A stretch of 53,602 bases of DNA, the filler included, from Squatina squatina (taxonomy: Eukaryota), in the NCBI GenBank assembly GCA_031763465.1. It is 3 parts of 3 records of this genome, joined end to end, with 100 filler letters (N's around TTAATTAATTAA, not from the genome) between each part and the next. Parts side by side here need not be neighbours in the genome. Positions count along the whole stretch, not along the records: positions 37,747 to 53,602 come from JARFOE010000115.1; 2 more parts are not named here. One strand, given 5' to 3'. The translations under genes were made by a program, and so were the position numbers. Position 1 is the stretch's first letter; each line of letters begins with the position of its first letter. Positions 47,701 through 53,602 of the stretch are shown one piece after another. The notes beneath the pieces are model-generated. The model made no database searches, had not been told where the DNA came from, and worked only from the letters and a program-made list of their open reading frames with translations.

Positions 47701-49260
47701 ATGCCACATCTCAGTACTCTGTAACACAACTTGGTATGATGCTACCTAAAGTGGTTTCAGTCTGCATAGTACACCAGCAATTATGTCAGTTTATGAGCCA
47801 ACGTATTCAGTAAGGCAGCTACATGTGCCCTTCGAAAAGCAACCTCATGTATTCAGGGCTCAGCATAATCCAACACCACGAAGGTTAACAGTACATTTGC
47901 TCCGCCCTTTTTCAGGCTACATTGCCTTAATCATTCATGCAAACATGATATCTTCACCCATCTATGATATTTATAGGTGACCCATCACTATATGTCAAAC
48001 GACACACTGGGAATGTCAATCCCTAATACGGTTTACTGCTTTTTTTATTGTAATTAAATGAAATTGTTTTATTAAAATTAGTTGTTCATTAACCAAATTA
48101 CTACACAACATACAGTAAAGAAAATATTACAGCATGTTTGTTGTTGTGTATTTTGAAAACTATAAAATCGTGGAATTATTTTATTTATTAGGCTTTCAGA
48201 CTGTGCCGCCTGCCACCACCCTTCTCCTGGAAGAGTGAAATGGTTTAGGCCATAGAGCTGGGATTCTCCTCTTGGGGCAGACTTCCAGCAAGGCGAGAAA
48301 TGTACCCAACGTTCCAGATCTGCCGTAACATCGACCCATTCACCTAGGTCGAGGGTCAATCAGTAGGTGATTCCTGCTGCCAAAAGGGAGCCTGCCAGTT
48401 CAAGCAAGGAAACACCCCCACTGTCAAAGCAGATGTGTTTGAGATCGCGGCCTTTAGCAGTTAAATGTTTGGGGCTAACTGGAGAGAGTGGAGGCCACTA
48501 CAAGGCTCTCTACCTCCACCGGGCCAATCGAGACCGACCACCACCTACCACACGGTGACCTCGAGAAACTGGGGCAGCAATGAAGGAAAACTGTCAGGGA
48601 TGCAGGCTATATCCCCCTGCTGCCATTTGCATGTGGTGGCCGAAGAAGGAGCTGCTAATGGTGGTCGTGCTGGTGAGATCCCAGCTAACCTCATATCCTA
48701 CATTTTGAGATACAGTATCTGAATAATTTGAGACAAGACATGTGGCAAGTGTAACATTGCTTGTTGGGGAACAGGTGATTTTGGACCAATGGCTCTCAAA
48801 GCTCACTGGGGTTTTCCTTGCCTCCTGTCTGAGTCTGTTGTAGACTAATCGATAGAAATTGATTGCTGCGATTAGTCAACAACTCCATTGTCATTGTGTC
48901 AAGAGACTACCAGGATGGTAGAAGACAAACTAGATGGATTTTTTCATNNNNNNNNNNNNNNNNNNNNNNNNNNNNNNNNNNNNNNNNNNNNNNNNNNNNN
49001 NNNNNNNNNNNNNNNNNNNNNNNNNNNNNNNNNNNNNNNNNNNNNNNCCCTTAGCAGGTATGTGTTTGGGAACAGACTAGAAGGAGAGGAGGCCACTACA
49101 ATTTAAGCTGGGATCACGGAGGAGAAATCCCCACACCGCCTGATTCTTCACAGCTATCATTGATGGCATTCTGCAATGTTTCTCTGGTCCTCATAGATTT
49201 TTTTCCCTTCAGTCAGCAACATGCATGAATGTTGCTTTCCAGCAAGAATTGGCAGAACTC

Positions 49261-49516
49261 AGGCGACAAGAGGAAAAACTTTTTCACACAGTGAGTGGTT
49301 AGCGTCTGGAAGGCACTGCCTGAAAGGGTGGTGGAGACAGACTCAATCGTGGCTTTCAAAAGGGAGCTGGATAAGTACCTGAAGGAAAAATATTTGCAGG
49401 GCTACGGGGAAAGGGCAGGGGAGTGGGATGAGCTGAAATGCTCCTGCAGAGAGCCGGCACGGGTTCAACGGGCTGAATGGCCTCCTTCTGTGCTGTATCC
49501 ATTCTGTGATTCTATG
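49261..49516 (+). mobile_element. CR1/HER1 LINE 3' end
   Basis: VSVWKALPERVVETDSIVAFKRELDKYL plus tail, same subfamily as 26999. Confidence 0.9.
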
Positions 49517-51711
49517 GTGAGAGCAGACAAGTCGCTGTGACAGTCAAAGGCTGAGTTATAGGCCTATGACCTTTCGGTCTAAAGCGCTGAAATTAAATCA
49601 AAGTGATGAGACAGCAGAATGTTAAAGGATTCCTTTAAGAAGGATCCGTCACAACATGGAATATCTGGAATTGGCTCAATACCAAACCTTAGCTTCGTGC
49701 AGATCTGCAGATTGACATTTGCTGAAGGGGAAATTAACCTTGTCAGATCATGTCTTCCAGCAAAGCTCAGCTGTCTTACTCTGGATGAAAAATGATCCTG
49801 CAGAGTAAATGTTAAATGGTGATGTCTTGATGGGAAATCAGAGAACGTACAGATGTAGCATTAAAATATTCAGAGTGGAGCTGAACATAGTTTTTATTAT
49901 TTTAAATTTCATCATCTACCTCAGGTTCTTTTTCACATCTTCAAGTCCTATCAGACTGCTTCAACTTTTTCTCTTTGCTTGTGTGGTTTACGACAAATCT
50001 CTGTATCAAAGCTATATCATAAATTTTCACGGTATGATATTCTTGACTGGTCGAAAGCATTTGTGCCATGCCTCAGAAGACTCAACAAGCAAGGAAAGTA
50101 CCGGAACATGCACTCTTAACTAGAGTGCTCTGTTGCTGTGACACCGCTCCCGAATGTTCTTTAGGCGGACAAGCTGAGCGTACCTTTGATCAGCTCTTCC
50201 CCCAAAATGGAAACAGTGCAGCTAATGCCTCAAAAAATAACATTTAACACCAAAGTAAGTGCCTCCAAGTACTGTCATAAAATTATACTGGAAGTCACAC
50301 TGGAGTGTTCAGAAACTTTGGTCTGTCAAACCCTTTGCTATNNNNNNNNNNNNNNNNNNNNNNNNNNNNNNNNNNNNNNNNNNNNNNNNNNNNNNNNNNN
50401 NNNNNNNNNNNNNNNNNNNNNNNNNNNNNNNNNNNNNNNNNGATGACCCAAGTAGCATGTTTTCTGCTGAAATTTTACATCGGTGATAAATTGCTGGCCT
50501 TGAGTCCTTATAACAAGCTACGCCTCCCCCTTTCCCTCTTGGCACACCCTGCTCACTACACCAGTGTGATATTTGCATTTTAACACTTAATTATAGAGTC
50601 ATTACAGCACAGAAGGAGGCCATTCGGCCCATCGAGTCCACACTTATAACCTGATAGTGTCTCACAGAAACTCAGTACAGTTTGAGGGCTCTTGTGACCT
50701 TTGGCACCTGAAGTTGGTTGACACTCCCCAGACTCGTTCCACTTAGGACCCTGAACTGACCAAAGAGGGTGACGTGAGGGCATCATCCCATATGTAAGCA
50801 AGTGTGCATGACCTCCAGGTAGGGCAATGGGAGGGCAGTGACTCCCTCAGCCACTATCCATTTCAACAGCAGTGCAGTCCTTTTGATACATTTATCTTGT
50901 TTTGTAGAATATGAAAATTGTGCTTTTATGTTGCATGCACAAAGTAATCTCCAGAAGCAGAAAATCTTCCCACGTATTAGGTTGGTTCAAATAATTCCAT
51001 CCATCGTCTGTCTTCTAGCCACCCGCCATATTCCAATTTACCTAGCCTCTCAGGTCAAATGCAATAATTGTCAAATGAATAAATTACACCAATGTTTACA
51101 TATATTGAAGCAATAGTTCATTTCTTTAAAAAAAATTGTCATGAAAAATAATGTAACGAAGGTTCAGTATATTTTATTCTCTAATGGTAATTAACCTCAA
51201 GCCACAGTGGCTGCAATGGTTCAAATGGAAACTGAAACTCTACACTGGAATGCCAAAAGAAATGGGAAAAAAAAAACGTTCTATTCACTTTCAAAGTCAA
51301 GTTCAGTGAATTCCCATGAAAAGGAATTCTGATCTGGAAAGGAGAGCGACGAAGAAAACCCTTCTCAGACTATCCACTCATTTCCTGTCTTCGCTGATGT
51401 AAAGCTTTGGGGAATTAATCTATGCTGGAAGAACAATGAACAATTCAAACCAAAGAATGCAGGCTGATATTTTTGGGAAAAAAATTACTAATTAACTACG
51501 CAAAAGAATGTCAAGTTTAACAAAAGAAAAGTCAAACCCAGATGACAAATTCTGCACCCGTGTTTNNNNNNNNNNNNNNNNNNNNNNNNNNNNNNNNNNN
51601 NNNNNNNNNNNNNNNNNNNNNNNNNNNNNNNNNNNNNNNNNNNNNNNNNNNNNNNNNNNNNNNNNATTGACAAAATTATATCTGTACTTGTTTTAAATAG
51701 ATGTGTAAATA

Positions 51712-51714
<3 letters not shown>

Positions 51715-51745
<31 letters not shown>
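51715..51745. repeat. (TA)n microsatellite
   Basis: About 15 TA units. Confidence 0.95.
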
Positions 51746-51747
<2 letters not shown>

Positions 51748-52491
51748 AAAGGTTTGGCAAAAATGTACATCAATAGGAACACTGAAAGATTTCATCTAAA
51801 TTAAATATTGTAACCTCAGCCTACCTTAAGGTATTGGCTGCATAACTAGTTTTGAGCGTGACATTGAGAGTCACCTAATCAGTGTGTGATGACGCTGGAG
51901 CTTCAGGCTTGATGCCAAGTCTCTGGAATTATCAAGATGCAATCTGATTAACCAACAATCAGATTTGGAACAAGAAATCTCCATCTTTTGCAGGCTAAAG
52001 CTTCAGGAGCATTGAAGATAGAAAGGCAATCCAAAGGCTTCTGCTTTCTTCCTTCACAGCCCTTCACAGGTTTCTGAGGCTTTTTGCATGTTTTGATATA
52101 TTTCCCTCTAGCTGTTGAGGCTTCTAGTGTTTTCAGCCTGCCTCTAAGCTTCGTTCTGTTTAGTTTCACACTGACAGAGTTTCCTCGGCATGAAAAAAAA
52201 TTCCATCTGCTCTTCCTTCCCCATGTGTGATTTGTGCTTCTTTCAGTTTGGCTGTTGCAAAATCTTTGGGTAAGATCTGTTTCCTGTGCCGTTTCTTCGA
52301 GTCATTCTTGCACAGATTTACTGCTTTAGAATGGATTATAGTGCAATGAGTCTGGGAAAGTAAAAAAAACATGCAACTAGAAAGGCAGATCNNNNNNNNN
52401 NNNNNNNNNNNNNNNNNNNNNNNNNNNNNNNNNNNNNNNNNNNNNNNNNNNNNNNNNNNNNNNNNNNNNNNNNNNNNNNNNNNNNNNNNNN

Positions 52492-53340
52492 CGTTTTTAA
52501 ACTCGCGTTTCGAAGGGGGTGTGCAAAAAAAAAAGCGTGTGTGTGTGTGTGACTGATTGACGAACATTCAGGCAGCAAATGAAGCTGAGGCGGTGCGGGT
52601 TCTCCCGAGTGTGAAGCCTGAGCGCCGCGTCCGGGAGCAGCAGGAATTTAAAAGAACAAGAAGAAATAAATAAATAAATAAACAAACAAAACAAAACAAA
52701 AACACGGCCGGCCGGACAGACAGCCAGGGCAGTAGCAGGACGCAGATTAGAGACGCGCAGGACCGCTACCCTCCCCGAGTCGCGAGATGGACGGTTTCGC
52801 CGGCAGTTTGGGTGAGTTATTTGGGGAAAAAAACAGCACGCGAAGGAATGGCTGAGATAAACAGTGTCCGGAGGGAGAGAAAACGGCAGCAAACAACCCG
52901 GGGGCTGTGCTGAGGGAAGGACAGGCGCACGGGGGAGGGAGAGCCGGCACGGACTCCTCCTGCGAACTTTGTGTTCGGTGTGTGTGTGTGTTGTGTATTA
53001 TTTTATTTATTTATTTATTTAAAAACCCCATCTGCTGGAGTCGGCTGGCCAGGTTGGAGGGGGTGACAGTTGGACGCTGGCTTGATGTGGGTGGTGGGAG
53101 GAGGATGCCAGTGTATTTTGTTGGTCTTGTCTCGGTGCAAAGGGGTCGCTTCAGGATTGTGCGCCGGCGGGCGGTTTTACGGCCGGATAAGGTTTTGCGG
53201 GTTGTGGGTGGCTTGCGGCAGCGCCGGAGCCCAGAGCCATGTCTGAGCTGGACGGAGGGATTCAACGCAGCCATCGATGGGGGTGGGGGTGGAAACAGCG
53301 CTTCCCGGGTCCTAGCACACGGGCACTCGGCCGCTCCAGC
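52492..53340. promoter_or_regulatory. CpG island, probable 5' end of an unidentified gene
   Basis: High GC and CpG content interspersed with (GT)n, (AAAT)n and (AAAAC)n tracts. No recognisable protein. Confidence 0.55.
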
Positions 53341-53477
53341 TCAAATCAGGATATTCCATTCCCCCACCAAAGGAAAAAGTCATCATCACTTTCTTCCTCT
53401 GCCTTCCCTTAGCCTGAAAGGTTTTGCTGCAGTTCCACAGGTGCCTTCACTGTCGGGTACCTTGCCAAACCGGTCCT

Positions 53478-53602
53478 TATCAGCCAGTGGCATTCAATGA
53501 GATCATGGCTGATCTTCCAACTTCAGTACCCTGTCCCTGCTTTCTCCCCGTCTCCCTTAATCCCCTTAGCCTTAAGAGCTATGTCTAACTCCCTCTTGAA
53601 TG
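53478..53602 (-). mobile_element. CR1/HER1 LINE 3' tail
   Basis: cattcaatgagatcatggctgatcttc...tctccccg...ctcttgaat is the reverse complement of the common tail. Confidence 0.8.

Noticed and set aside
50100-50190. HDV-like ribozyme (ggaacat/atgttct stem with an inner hairpin)
   Set aside because: No P3/L3 ahead of the 3' P1 strand, so the double-pseudoknot topology cannot be built.
719-52578. ORF-track entries containing X runs
   Set aside because: They are read-through of N gaps, not genes.
52907-53500. 197-aa plus ORF and 87-aa minus ORF
   Set aside because: They cross microsatellites or LINE tail in a CpG island, with no domain and no convincing splice donor.

Overview
This is eukaryotic vertebrate genomic DNA, most likely from a cartilaginous fish (shark), judged from dense CR1/HER1-type LINE tails, Deu-domain SINEs, L2, RTE and Penelope-like fragments. 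It is not contiguous. It consists of about 45 short contigs (0.4-2.5 kb) joined mostly by exactly 100 N, with a few 10-N or sized gaps. Two gaps contain an artificial TTAATTAATTAA all-frame-stop linker (17846-17857, 37691-37702) that splits the window into three blocks whose adjacency is not supported. Block 1 (1-17801) starts in the coding exon of a ZBTB26/ZBTB6-type BTB zinc-finger gene. It also holds a homeodomain-site cluster, a hairpin-dense segment and unidentified exon candidates. Block 2 (17902-37646) is a compressed sample of the conserved LONP2(-)/ABCC12(+)/PHKB(-) cluster (human 16q12 order), with nine clearly recognisable exons. It also contains an antisense mannose-receptor-type lectin exon lying among the ABCC12 exons and the first coding exon with CpG promoter of an SLC6A8-like creatine transporter. 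Block 3 (37747-53602) is mostly repeats, with unidentified exon candidates and a CpG-rich end. There are no CRISPR arrays, rRNAs or true tRNA genes, and I cannot demonstrate a new biological system. The best leads are the possible nested lectin gene, the TAATTA-N3-TAATTA cluster and the structured-RNA candidate. Gene names come from remembered human protein sequences, not from a search, and repeat boundaries are approximate.
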